Translations under genes and position numbers: made by a program
In this document: positions 41,290-51,042 of the stretch, piece after piece
Position numbering within the stretch: position 1 is the stretch's first letter
Layout of the letters: the number at the start of each line of letters is the position of its first letter
Source of the DNA: Clostridiales bacterium
Lineage (GTDB): Bacteria; Bacillota; Clostridia; Saccharofermentanales; Saccharofermentanaceae
Direction of reading: 5' to 3'
NCBI GenBank assembly: GCA_017513085.1
Contig: JAFWDK010000020.1
Location: 1-54,802 of the forward strand
DNA: 54,802 bases
The notes under the pieces: generated by a model
Seen by the model: only the letters and a program-made list of their open reading frames with translations
Databases searched by the model: none
Told to the model about the DNA's origin: nothing

Positions 41290-42825
41290 ATGAAGAGAGT
41301 TAAGGTCGTACGCCTTGTTTCCGTTATTGTTCTGATCGTGATGTTCCTGGCAATGTCACTTTACCTTTTCCTGCCAAGAAGAGGTGACTCGGATTCGGGA
41401 GTTACTGCCGTATGCTTCATCGACGAAGACAGGCTTTTCCCGCAGATGGATTACAGCCAGCTGTTCTCGGCACTGGACATTTCGTCCGATTATTCAGTCG
41501 GGGAGGGACTTTCCCTCGAACAGATGAGAGAACGGGTCGACGACGTGGCGAAAGAGAAGAAAGCGGACCGGATCGTTCTTCTTTGCGACGGAAGCTATGC
41601 GGAATCCGGACTTGCCCTGGCCAAAGAGGAACCGAAGATCAAGACATTGGTCCTGATGACGCCGGTGATCCCGGAAGAAGCCGACCTGAGCGAACTCGGC
41701 ACACAGGTGCCGAAGACCGATATATGCATTTTCGCGGAGAAAAAAGCACACGCCAACAGTTTGTATGAGCGTCTGTCGGGTGAGGATACCAAGTTTACCC
41801 AGGGCGTGTTTGCTGACGCGCAGGGGATGTGCCTATATATTTCCCCGGATGCGACGCGTTATTTCGGGACCTATTCCGGTTTCTTCAAGTCGCCCGCTCT
41901 TTCGGCCTCCGCGACGCTGAATCACCCTGTGGTCCAGTCGTACCTGGCCAATTACCTGAAGAATCACTGCCTTGAGCAGGATGGACTGTCCCGTGCACCG
42001 ATGTGGATCTGGGTCATGAAAGTCCTCTGCACCACACTTGTGGTCGTAGCTTTTTTTGTTTATGTCGCGACACTTCCTTCCGGACAGAAGAAAACGCACG
42101 AGAAAGATGCAGTCGAGAAAGCGGAAGAAGAGACCCGCCGCACAGCAGACGGGCGCCTCAAACTCAAGAACCGTTCCATCTTCGTAAAATATAAAGCATC
42201 GCTGATCCATCTTCTGGGCCTCGAACTACTTCTGGGCGCGATCTTTGCCGTGATCGGTGCTTTTTTCGTAGGAGGAAGAGTACAAAATGTCAAGCACGTA
42301 CTCTTGATCTGGATCTTTGTATCGTTCTTCAGCAGTGCTTTTTTCTTATTGCGATACATCCGCAAGCTACCGAAGAAAGAGGCGCGTGCGAACCGGGCGA
42401 TGTTCCCGCTTCAGATCGTCTATGTGGCCGCTTTGATCCTGGATATCTTCCTTTTAACATTGTTATGGAGGGGCGCGGGATTCTTGAAATTCAGCCTTTT
42501 GTCGGTGATTGCGGTGCTTCTTTCCGTGATGCTCGGTGTCTCGATCTATATGCTGGATCTGACCGACAATTTCTACATGAAAACGCAAGGGCAGGGAAAC
42601 GGGGTCCTGGATTCGATAAGATTTTCCGCGATACGTTTCGTTCCGATAGTGATTGTTTTGCTTTTCTCGATTATAATGGATGAGGAAATATGTTCTTTAC
42701 AGATCATGATCCTGTCCGTCTCTTTGCTGGTCAGTGCTTTCTTAAGGAGGATCGCAAAGCGGGGCGCGCTTGGGGATGTGCTCTCGGTAGTGCTTTATGC
42801 GTGCCTGTACTGGATGATGTTCTGA
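41290..42825 (+). CDS. Multi-TM membrane protein with extracellular alpha/beta-hydrolase-like region
   Basis: N-terminal TM, DRIVLL...ALA..EPKIKTLVLMTP, then about 8 TM helices. Confidence 0.65.
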   Translation: MKRVKVVRLVSVIVLIVMFLAMSLYLFLPRRGDSDSGVTAVCFIDEDRLFPQMDYSQLFSALDISSDYSVGEGLSLEQMRERVDDVAKEKKADRIVLLCDGSYAESGLALAKEEPKIKTLVLMTPVIPEEADLSELGTQVPKTDICIFAEKKAHANSLYERLSGEDTKFTQGVFADAQGMCLYISPDATRYFGTYSGFFKSPALSASATLNHPVVQSYLANYLKNHCLEQDGLSRAPMWIWVMKVLCTTLVVVAFFVYVATLPSGQKKTHEKDAVEKAEEETRRTADGRLKLKNRSIFVKYKASLIHLLGLELLLGAIFAVIGAFFVGGRVQNVKHVLLIWIFVSFFSSAFFLLRYIRKLPKKEARANRAMFPLQIVYVAALILDIFLLTLLWRGAGFLKFSLLSVIAVLLSVMLGVSIYMLDLTDNFYMKTQGQGNGVLDSIRFSAIRFVPIVIVLLFSIIMDEEICSLQIMILSVSLLVSAFLRRIAKRGALGDVLSVVLYACLYWMMF

Positions 42826-42852
42826 TTATGTAGTTAACGGGAGGAAAGGCGT

Positions 42853-43857
42853 ATGTCATCGACGATCAAGGATGTGGCCAAAATGGCCGGTGTGTCCATC
42901 TCAACAGTTTCGAAGTTCATTAACGGTGGTAACGTGCTGGAGGAGAATCGTGTGCAGATCGAGAACGCCATCGAGACCTTGAACTACCAGGTCAATACCG
43001 TTGCGCGCGGCATGAAGACCAGAAAGACGATGAGTGTCGGAGTCCTGATCCCGAGCCTTGCTGACTACTACGGCGTTTCCATTCTTTCGTGCATCGACCA
43101 GGAGCTCTATAACTCCGGCTACAGCACGATCATATGCGACTATTCTCAGACGGATCCTTCCGGTGCTTCCGACAAGATCAATTTTCTGATCAATAAGCAG
43201 ATCGACGGCATCATCATGCAACCGATCAACGTGCATCAGGAAGACATCGATCGTGCGGCCAAAGCGGACGTGCCGATCGTCTTTGTCGATATTGAAGATC
43301 CGACAATCGCCTGCGATTCCGTCACGATCGACAACGTTGACATCGCGCACCGCATCACGCAGCATTTCATCGACAACGGACACAAGCGTATCGGCTTCAT
43401 CGGCGGCCAGGAAGGCGTCAACACCACGGATGACCGTGTCCGCGGCTACCAGGAAGCTCTCGAAAAGGCCGGCATTACGCCTTCTGCGGAACTGATCCAT
43501 CTTGAAAATGTCTCCGAAGAGAGCGGATATCTCGCCATGATGCGTTTCATGAATCTCAAAAATCCGCCGACAGCGGTCTTCGCCAGCGGTAACGACCTTA
43601 CCTGCGGAGCCGTCATGTATGCTAACGAGAAGCATATCAAGATACCGGACGATCTTTCTTTCGTCGGCTTTGAGAATCAGACTATCGCGCACGTCTACAA
43701 CCCGACGCTCACGATCGGTATCCAGCCCATCCGCAAGATCGGCCAGACCGCAGCGCGCATGCTTCTCGAAAGAATGCGCGGGGAGTACGAAGGCGCGCCG
43801 AGAAACATCCGGCTGAAAGCCGTCATCGATTTCGGTGCATCTGTGAAGAAGCTCTGA
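42853..43857 (+). CDS. LacI-family transcriptional regulator
   Basis: TIKDVAKMAGVSISTVS HTH, GHKRIGFIGG, IPDDLSFVGF. Confidence 0.95.
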   Translation: MSSTIKDVAKMAGVSISTVSKFINGGNVLEENRVQIENAIETLNYQVNTVARGMKTRKTMSVGVLIPSLADYYGVSILSCIDQELYNSGYSTIICDYSQTDPSGASDKINFLINKQIDGIIMQPINVHQEDIDRAAKADVPIVFVDIEDPTIACDSVTIDNVDIAHRITQHFIDNGHKRIGFIGGQEGVNTTDDRVRGYQEALEKAGITPSAELIHLENVSEESGYLAMMRFMNLKNPPTAVFASGNDLTCGAVMYANEKHIKIPDDLSFVGFENQTIAHVYNPTLTIGIQPIRKIGQTAARMLLERMRGEYEGAPRNIRLKAVIDFGASVKKL

Positions 43858-44025
43858 GACGGATCCGGGAGACCTACGCGATCCGTGCGCTTCTGCTCGT
43901 TCAGATAGCGCTCTATGAGGCGAATTCAAAGTTTTTGTGAAAGAATGTAAAATTCCTTTTGTTCCCCTTCTTTACATGGTATACTTCGGAAAGGAAGAAG
44001 AGCTTTTAGAAGAAGGAGACGGTTT

Positions 44026-47000
44026 ATGAAGAAATTTTCCACAGTCGCTTGCTGCGCGATTGCAGCCTGCATGGCGGTAGCAGTGCTTTTGGCGCCGAAG
44101 AAGGCGGATCGAAAAGTACTGGCCAACGCGTTAGTCCCCGGTAAGAATGATATACCGATCGACGAGTCGCATTTCCCGGACGAAGGGTTCCGTAACGGAG
44201 TCAGAAGATATGACACCGATAATAATAGTGTTTTAAGTCCTTCAGAGCGGGACATGAAAAATATGTATATAGAAAACCAATCATTTACGTCCATGGTAGG
44301 TATTCAATATTTTCCAGATCTGGAATCCCTTACGCTGGTCGGTTGTAACGCGCCGAATATCAATCTGACGGATGCCATGGGTGTGACGGACCTTTACATC
44401 AGAGATGGTGAGAATACCGATCTTACAATCACAACCAAGGCTTTTCTTAAGAATCTGAAGATCGAATCCACGCCGATCACATGGCTTGACCTGCAGGGTA
44501 TGCTGAGTCTTCAGAAACTGACGCTGGAATATACCAAGATCCCGGTGCTGAGGCTGTCCAGTGTGTCGAACCTGAAGACGCTGGAGCTTCACAACAACAT
44601 GATCACCGATCTTGATATTTCCCGAAACAAGAAACTTGAGACCATAGACTGCAACGAGATGCGTCATAAATCAGACTATGCGCTTCTGGAGTCTTTTACC
44701 GTGGGCGGTGCAACAGCACTGAAGACGATCGATGTGAGTCATCACGATATCGGAGAACTGGCATTTACGGATAATCCCAACTTGACGAAGATCAATTGCA
44801 ATTACAATAATAATCTGACCAAACTGGATCTGTCCGGTGCATCGGCCCTGGTCACGCTGACCGCGAAAGACAACAAGCTTGCTTCGCTGGATCTGACGCA
44901 TAACCCGGCCCTGGTATCTGCGGAAATTGATTCTTATGACGACAGAGACCTGTCCGTCGGAAAACTGGATCTGTCCAAGAACACGGAACTTCAGGTCCTG
45001 AACTGTGAAAATCTCGGTATCACGGAGCTCACCTTCCCGAGTTCCGGCACGAGCAAGATGACGAATCTTCACTGTAGTCATAACAAGCTGACATCCCTGA
45101 ATCTGAGTAATCTGGTTAATCTTGAGGAGCTTGGCTGTGCCGATAACAATATTTCCTCTCTGATCATGCCGAAGAATATGCCCAACCTGACATACGTAGA
45201 TATAGAAAAGAACTCGATTCCTTCAATAAATCTATCGACCGCAACGAAACTTCGGGCCCTCGGATGCTCCGAAAACAATCTCTCTTCACTGGATGTCACC
45301 GCCTGCAAAGACCTGTACAAGCTTCATTGCGATAGTAACGGCATTTCGAAGCTGGATCTTTCGAAGAATACGAATCTGACCAATCTTGAGTGCAGTTATA
45401 CAAAACTTACATCTCTGGATCTTTCCAACAATACCTTGCTCGAGAGAGTGCGTTGTGTGCATAGAAGTACCGGTGAAAACGATACTTCTCCGAGGATCAA
45501 GACTTTGAAGGCAAAGAATCTTCCGAATCTGACGTACTTATCCTGCGAAGGCAACGATATCGCAACGCTGGATTTTTCCGGGGACACGGCGCTCGCAGAA
45601 CTCTACTGTATAAACTGCAATACCGAAAAACTGGTGCTGGCCAATAATACGTCATTGAAAACACTATGGTGCTATAACAACAGGATCAGTGTACTCGATC
45701 TGACAAATGTGAAGAATCTTGAGAGCTTAAGCTGTTCGAGTAACAATCTTGTAAACCTGGATCTTACAGGTTGTTCGAAGCTTAATAGAGTGATTGCCGC
45801 GGGCAATAAGCTTAAGACGCTGATCGTTAAAGGATGTGTCTCACTCGAGGAGATCAACTGTTCCAATAATAGCATTACTTCTCTGAATGTCTCAGATTGT
45901 GTGAAACTTCGAACACTCGAAGCAAAAGTGAATTCCCTTTCATCGTTAACGCTGACCGGAGCAGTATCTCTGCAAAAAGTGCATGTGGAAAAAAACCAGC
46001 TTACGTCCTTAGTGGTGAAGGATCTGACAAAACTGAAGGAACTATACTGCGAGGATAATAAACTTGAGACAATGACCTTGTCCAACCTGCCTTCGCTGGA
46101 AAAGCTGTACTGCAGCTATAACAGCCTCAGAAGTCTGAATGCGACCGGAGCACCGAATCTAACGAGGCTGGATTGCTCGTTCAACGACGAGATCACTTCG
46201 CTTACGATCGATAAGAACAATATGCTTTCCATGCTGAGCTGTTTCGGAAATAAGATCAGCTACCTGAAGATTGGGGTAAACCCATACATGAATGCATGCT
46301 TCAACGGGCACAAGACAGAATGCTTCTTCTCCGGTCGAGAGCACGGTGCTTTGGGAAACCATTTCGTTCCTCTTGAGAGCTCCGAATACTATGGCAAGGC
46401 CATGATCCAATGCGACAGGGACGTTCTGATCATAACGACGGGCAATACACCGACACCAACGAAGGCTCCGACAAAGACTCCGACCAAGGTTCCGACCAAG
46501 ACACCGACCAAGGTTCCGACCAAGGTTCCGACCGGTGCGCCGACCAAGACACCGACGGGAACCCCTTCAAAAGCACCTACAAAGACGCCGACGAAGGCGC
46601 CAACCGGTGTTCCGACGAAGACGCCTACCAAGTCACCGACACGGGCGCCGACAGGAAGACCTACCAAGACACCGACCGGTGTGCCGACCAAGGTGCCAAC
46701 AGGAACACCTACCAAGGCCCCGACCGGTGCGCCGACCAAGACACCGACAAAAGTACCGACAGGTGCTCCGACAAACAAGCCGACCGTGTCTCCGAAGCCG
46801 GGAGATCCGACGCCGACACCGAACCCGCAGAAAGAACCGACCTTCAAAGATTTCGTGGAGAGATTGTATGTCGTTGCCCTGAACCGTGCTTCTGAGCCGG
46901 AGGGTAAAGCTTTCTGGGTTTCGAAGGTTGAGAACGGTGAATACAATGGTGCTGACTGTGCGCGCTTCTTCCTGCTGGAAGCTCCGGAGTTTATGAACCG

Positions 47001-47586
47001 TGGCCTCGGCGATGAGGATTTTGTCGAGATCCTTTATAAGACATTCTTTGACCGTGCATCCGATGCTGCCGGTAAAAAGGGCTGGGTCGATGCGATCAAG
47101 AGCGGTAAGATGACCCGCGCGGTGGTAGTGGAGAACTTCATCGAGTCCACGGAATGGTGCAACATCTGCGCGACTTATGGCGTACGCTCCGGTGCGAAGT
47201 GGCACAAAGCCGAGTTCGCTTCCAAGAATGCGATCAACTTTGCCACACGTCTCTACACCTGCTGCCTCGGAAGAGAACCGGAAGAAGGCGGTTTGAAATA
47301 CTGGTCGTTAGCTCTGACTAACATCGAGCAGACCGGCTGCAGCGCGGCGAGGGAATTCTTCACCAGCGACGAGTTCATCGGCTTCAAACTGAAGGACGAT
47401 GAGTACGTGAAGCGACTCTATACCACCTTTATGGGACGTGATCCGGAGGCAAGTGAAGTTGCGTACTGGGTTAGAGAGATCGCTAAGGGCACACAGACGA
47501 AGGACAGCGTTATGGCTTTCTTCGGAAGTAGCGAGGAGTTCACCAAGATCTGCAAGAAGTATGGAATTGAGCGCGGAGAGATCTGA
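44026..47586 (+). CDS. Large LRR surface protein with PTK-repeat linker and C-terminal DUF4214 domains
   Basis: Signal peptide, IDESHFPD cap, extensive LRRs, (PTK[ATV])n, FKDFVERLY...GIERGEI. Confidence 0.88.
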   Translation: MKKFSTVACCAIAACMAVAVLLAPKKADRKVLANALVPGKNDIPIDESHFPDEGFRNGVRRYDTDNNSVLSPSERDMKNMYIENQSFTSMVGIQYFPDLESLTLVGCNAPNINLTDAMGVTDLYIRDGENTDLTITTKAFLKNLKIESTPITWLDLQGMLSLQKLTLEYTKIPVLRLSSVSNLKTLELHNNMITDLDISRNKKLETIDCNEMRHKSDYALLESFTVGGATALKTIDVSHHDIGELAFTDNPNLTKINCNYNNNLTKLDLSGASALVTLTAKDNKLASLDLTHNPALVSAEIDSYDDRDLSVGKLDLSKNTELQVLNCENLGITELTFPSSGTSKMTNLHCSHNKLTSLNLSNLVNLEELGCADNNISSLIMPKNMPNLTYVDIEKNSIPSINLSTATKLRALGCSENNLSSLDVTACKDLYKLHCDSNGISKLDLSKNTNLTNLECSYTKLTSLDLSNNTLLERVRCVHRSTGENDTSPRIKTLKAKNLPNLTYLSCEGNDIATLDFSGDTALAELYCINCNTEKLVLANNTSLKTLWCYNNRISVLDLTNVKNLESLSCSSNNLVNLDLTGCSKLNRVIAAGNKLKTLIVKGCVSLEEINCSNNSITSLNVSDCVKLRTLEAKVNSLSSLTLTGAVSLQKVHVEKNQLTSLVVKDLTKLKELYCEDNKLETMTLSNLPSLEKLYCSYNSLRSLNATGAPNLTRLDCSFNDEITSLTIDKNNMLSMLSCFGNKISYLKIGVNPYMNACFNGHKTECFFSGREHGALGNHFVPLESSEYYGKAMIQCDRDVLIITTGNTPTPTKAPTKTPTKVPTKTPTKVPTKVPTGAPTKTPTGTPSKAPTKTPTKAPTGVPTKTPTKSPTRAPTGRPTKTPTGVPTKVPTGTPTKAPTGAPTKTPTKVPTGAPTNKPTVSPKPGDPTPTPNPQKEPTFKDFVERLYVVALNRASEPEGKAFWVSKVENGEYNGADCARFFLLEAPEFMNRGLGDEDFVEILYKTFFDRASDAAGKKGWVDAIKSGKMTRAVVVENFIESTEWCNICATYGVRSGAKWHKAEFASKNAINFATRLYTCCLGREPEEGGLKYWSLALTNIEQTGCSAAREFFTSDEFIGFKLKDDEYVKRLYTTFMGRDPEASEVAYWVREIAKGTQTKDSVMAFFGSSEEFTKICKKYGIERGEI

Positions 47587-47757
47587 GCGTTTGCTTTCGC
47601 GAAAGTGACGTAATTCCTTACTAACAATAGAATATGAAAAATGCGCCGATTCCTATTCATGCGCGCCCCTGACTGTGGTATATTTCAAGTATCAGTGTTG
47701 AGCGCTGAGTGGATTGGTTGTTTAGAGTATTTTATCGGTTGTAGTGAGGAAAGAAGC

Positions 47758-50382
47758 ATGAAGAAGAATCTCCTGGCATTAGTATGCGGAATAACAGTAG
47801 CGATCTCAGCGGGTGCTTTTGGTGCGGCGAAATTAACGAACACGACAGTGCGCGCAGGTGTGAACGCGGACGGGTCGGTGAGTATCGATAAAAACAATTT
47901 TCCGGACGACGCTTTCCGCGAGGCCATTAGTGAGGCATGTGACAAGGACGCCAACGGGAAACTCTCGGAGAGTGAGAGAGCGGTAACGACGATCACGCTC
48001 GGATATGCTGAGATTTCGTCATTTGAAGGCCTTCAGTATTTTTCGGGCCTGGAATCCCTGACTTTGTCGAATTGTACGATGGGAACACTTGACTTGAGCG
48101 CGAATCCGAAACTGACGCAGCTTTCCCTGTCGTTTTACTTGAACAATTCGTTTTCGTTGAATCATCCTGAGCAGTTGACTTACCTGAAGATTGAGAGATC
48201 GCTGCTTACGGAGCTGAACCTGGCGGGAATGACCAATCTGGAGACCTTGATATTGGATGATACCTTGGTTTCGACGCTGGATCTGTCCAATTCACTGAAA
48301 CTGAAATCGTTGACCGTGTGCAACAACAGGATCACGACGCTGGATGTTTCCGGCAATAAAGAACTGGTGACTCTAGATGCGAATGTGGAAAGCCGTAATG
48401 GTGCTAAGTTGGTGCTTACGTCCTTGAACTTAGCCGGTGCAGTTTCGCTGGAGAAAATCAATGTCAACAATAACGATATCGCAAACCTGTCCGTTACTAA
48501 CAATCCGGCCTTAAAAGAACTCAGATGTGCCGATAATGAAAATCTGACGAAACTGGATCTGTCCGGGGCACCGGCTCTTGAGAGGCTCGAGGCCTATCAC
48601 CATAAGTGCTCGACGCTTGATTTTACTAAAAACCCGAACCTCAAGAGAGCGCTGGTTTACTCGAGAAAAGAAAATAATCTCGCGATCGGCGTACTGGATC
48701 TGACCCAAAACCAGAATTTGATTTATCTGGATTGCAGCTCGCTTGGTATTACCGCTATTTCCTTCCCGGAAACGAATTTGATTCAGAAGCTGATATGCGC
48801 TAACAATAAACTGACGTCTCTAAATCTGAAAGAAGCAACGATGCTTTCTTCTTTGGACTGTGCGGACAATCAGATCACAAATCTTACGCTTCCGCAGGAC
48901 CTGTTCTATTTGCAAGAACTGACCATTTCAAATAATCCCGTTCAAGGACTTGAACTGTCCACGGCTACATCACTTACCGATCTCAGGTGCGTCAATACCA
49001 GCCTGTCTTCTTTGGATGTGTCGGGATGCGGGGGACTTGAAAAAATCTTTGCCCAGTGTAATTCCTTGACTTCAGTGAAACTTGCCGGTGCGGACTCGCT
49101 GAAAGTTTTGGATGTAAGCGATAACTATCTCACGAGCCTGAATACAACAGGAGCACCGCTTCTTCAGGAACTAAACTGCTGCTTCAATTCGCTTACTTCG
49201 CTTACGATCGATCAGAATACCAGCCTTAGTTCCGTGGTGTGCTATGGAAACCAGTTCAGTGCTTTGAACCTTGGAAAGATTCCTGCCCTGAAAGCCTGTG
49301 CCGAAGGGAATAGGCAAGAGGTGCTTTTTGAGGGGACAAATCAGTCGACATCCGGATATAGATATACACCAGCTTCTGGTTCTGCATATGCGGGTTCCGC
49401 AAAAATCGACTGTGACAAGAAAGTAAAGCTTGAACTACCAAGTCTCAGTATCAGATACTCGGAAAAGACCATCAAACTTGGCGAATCATTCCAGTTTACG
49501 GCAGTGAATGCTTTCGGCCAGAAGGTAAGCTGGAGAACCGGAAACACTTCTGTTGCTACGGTTAGCGCAAATGGCCTGGTTACGGCGAAGAGCCTTGCCA
49601 ACACTTATCTCTACGTGAGTACACCGGATGGACAGACAGTGAAGTGCCTGATCAAGGTGACTTATCCGACGCTTTCTGTGAGGTACACGGAGAAATCTTT
49701 GCATATCAATCAGACATTCAAGTTCCCGATTTACGGAGCGGCAGGAAAGACGATTACCTGGAGAGTCGGAAATACTTCTGTGGCGAAAGTAGATCAGAAC
49801 GGCAAAGTCACAGGTAAGAGTGCGGGGAACACCTGGCTTTACGCGAAGTCGGCTGACGGTCGTGAGGCGAAGTGCCTGCTGAGGATCATCGACCCGGGAA
49901 CACTCGCTGTCTGCTACACGGAGAAGACGATCTATCTCGGTGAGAGCTTTACATTCTACGCCAAAAACACCGGCATCTTAATAAATCCGACATGGTCGAT
50001 TGGAAACACCGCAGTGGCAACTATCGACGGACATGACAGTATCACAAGTCCGGGGGCTCCGGTTAAAGCAGTAGGCGTCGGAAACACGTACCTCACGGTG
50101 ACGACTGAAGATGGAAGAACCGCCAAGTGCCTAGTGAAAGTAGTTCGCGGCCAGCTAAGCATTACGTTTACCGAGAAGACACTCAAAGAAGGAGATGCTT
50201 TCGTGTTTGAAGCGAAGCATACAGCCGGGCAGAAGGTAAGCTGGCGTGTCGGTAACACCTCCATCGCCACGGTAAGCGCAGACGGCTATGTTAAGGCCAA
50301 GTTGCTTGGAAATACTTATCTCTATGCAAGCACGCCGGACGGACAAGAAGTCCGATGCCTGTTAAAGATTACTTCGCGGTGA
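47758..50382 (+). CDS. LRR surface protein with four C-terminal Ig-like (Big_2) domains
   Basis: Signal peptide, IDKNNFPD cap, LRRs, 4x W..GNTS[VI]A.V...G.V repeats. Confidence 0.85.
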   Translation: MKKNLLALVCGITVAISAGAFGAAKLTNTTVRAGVNADGSVSIDKNNFPDDAFREAISEACDKDANGKLSESERAVTTITLGYAEISSFEGLQYFSGLESLTLSNCTMGTLDLSANPKLTQLSLSFYLNNSFSLNHPEQLTYLKIERSLLTELNLAGMTNLETLILDDTLVSTLDLSNSLKLKSLTVCNNRITTLDVSGNKELVTLDANVESRNGAKLVLTSLNLAGAVSLEKINVNNNDIANLSVTNNPALKELRCADNENLTKLDLSGAPALERLEAYHHKCSTLDFTKNPNLKRALVYSRKENNLAIGVLDLTQNQNLIYLDCSSLGITAISFPETNLIQKLICANNKLTSLNLKEATMLSSLDCADNQITNLTLPQDLFYLQELTISNNPVQGLELSTATSLTDLRCVNTSLSSLDVSGCGGLEKIFAQCNSLTSVKLAGADSLKVLDVSDNYLTSLNTTGAPLLQELNCCFNSLTSLTIDQNTSLSSVVCYGNQFSALNLGKIPALKACAEGNRQEVLFEGTNQSTSGYRYTPASGSAYAGSAKIDCDKKVKLELPSLSIRYSEKTIKLGESFQFTAVNAFGQKVSWRTGNTSVATVSANGLVTAKSLANTYLYVSTPDGQTVKCLIKVTYPTLSVRYTEKSLHINQTFKFPIYGAAGKTITWRVGNTSVAKVDQNGKVTGKSAGNTWLYAKSADGREAKCLLRIIDPGTLAVCYTEKTIYLGESFTFYAKNTGILINPTWSIGNTAVATIDGHDSITSPGAPVKAVGVGNTYLTVTTEDGRTAKCLVKVVRGQLSITFTEKTLKEGDAFVFEAKHTAGQKVSWRVGNTSIATVSADGYVKAKLLGNTYLYASTPDGQEVRCLLKITSR

Positions 50383-50417
50383 GGACGAAGAACTAAACCG
50401 CTTCTCTTGGATTCGGA

Positions 50418-50811
50418 TTCATACCTTTTTTGCGGGGTTATACCTTTTTCTCTCGAATTCATACCTTTGAGGCAAAAAACGTCAAAAGGTATGAATTCTT
50501 GATGCTCGGGAGAGGGTGATTTCATACTTTTGGAAGAAAAAAGTTGAAAAGGTATGAATTCCTGGTGCTCGGGAGAGGACGGATTCATACCTCTGGGGCA
50601 AAAAACGTCAAAAGGTATGAATTCTTGGTGCTCGGGAGAGGGCGGATTCATACTTTTGGAAGAAAAAAGTTGAAAAGGTATGAATTCCTAGTGCTCGGGA
50701 GAGGGCGGATTCATACTTTTGAAAGAAAAATGTTGAAAAGGTATGAATTCCAGGTGCTCGGGAGAGGGCGGATTCATACTATTTGAAGAAAAACGATGCA
50801 AAAGTATGAAT
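50418..50811. repeat. Six 63-bp tandem units with palindrome TTCATAC-N24-GTATGAA, plus two upstream half-sites
   Basis: TTCATAC at 50458, 50521, 50584, 50647, 50710, 50773; half-sites at 50418 and 50438. Confidence 0.95.
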
Positions 50812-51042
50812 GAGGGTTTGTGACGATATTTCCGGTACTTACCTTTTTGCCAAAAAGAAGCGAAAGGGATGTTCCCGATCATCCGCGGGCTTCTTGAAAA
50901 TTTTTTCAAAAACATAGGTTGTATATCTGCAAAAAAAATATGAAAGCATAAATTTCCCATGTGGCATTCTTTTCTGTATTTGCTACAATAAGCCAGTGTG
51001 TCAAAAAAGTGAATGAATGTGAAACATGTGGAGGTGGAAAGA

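Noticed and set aside
46445-46825. 12-bp-period DNA repeats (also 52945-53290, 13975-14026)
   Set aside because: Fully explained as coding P/T/G-rich linkers of the surface proteins
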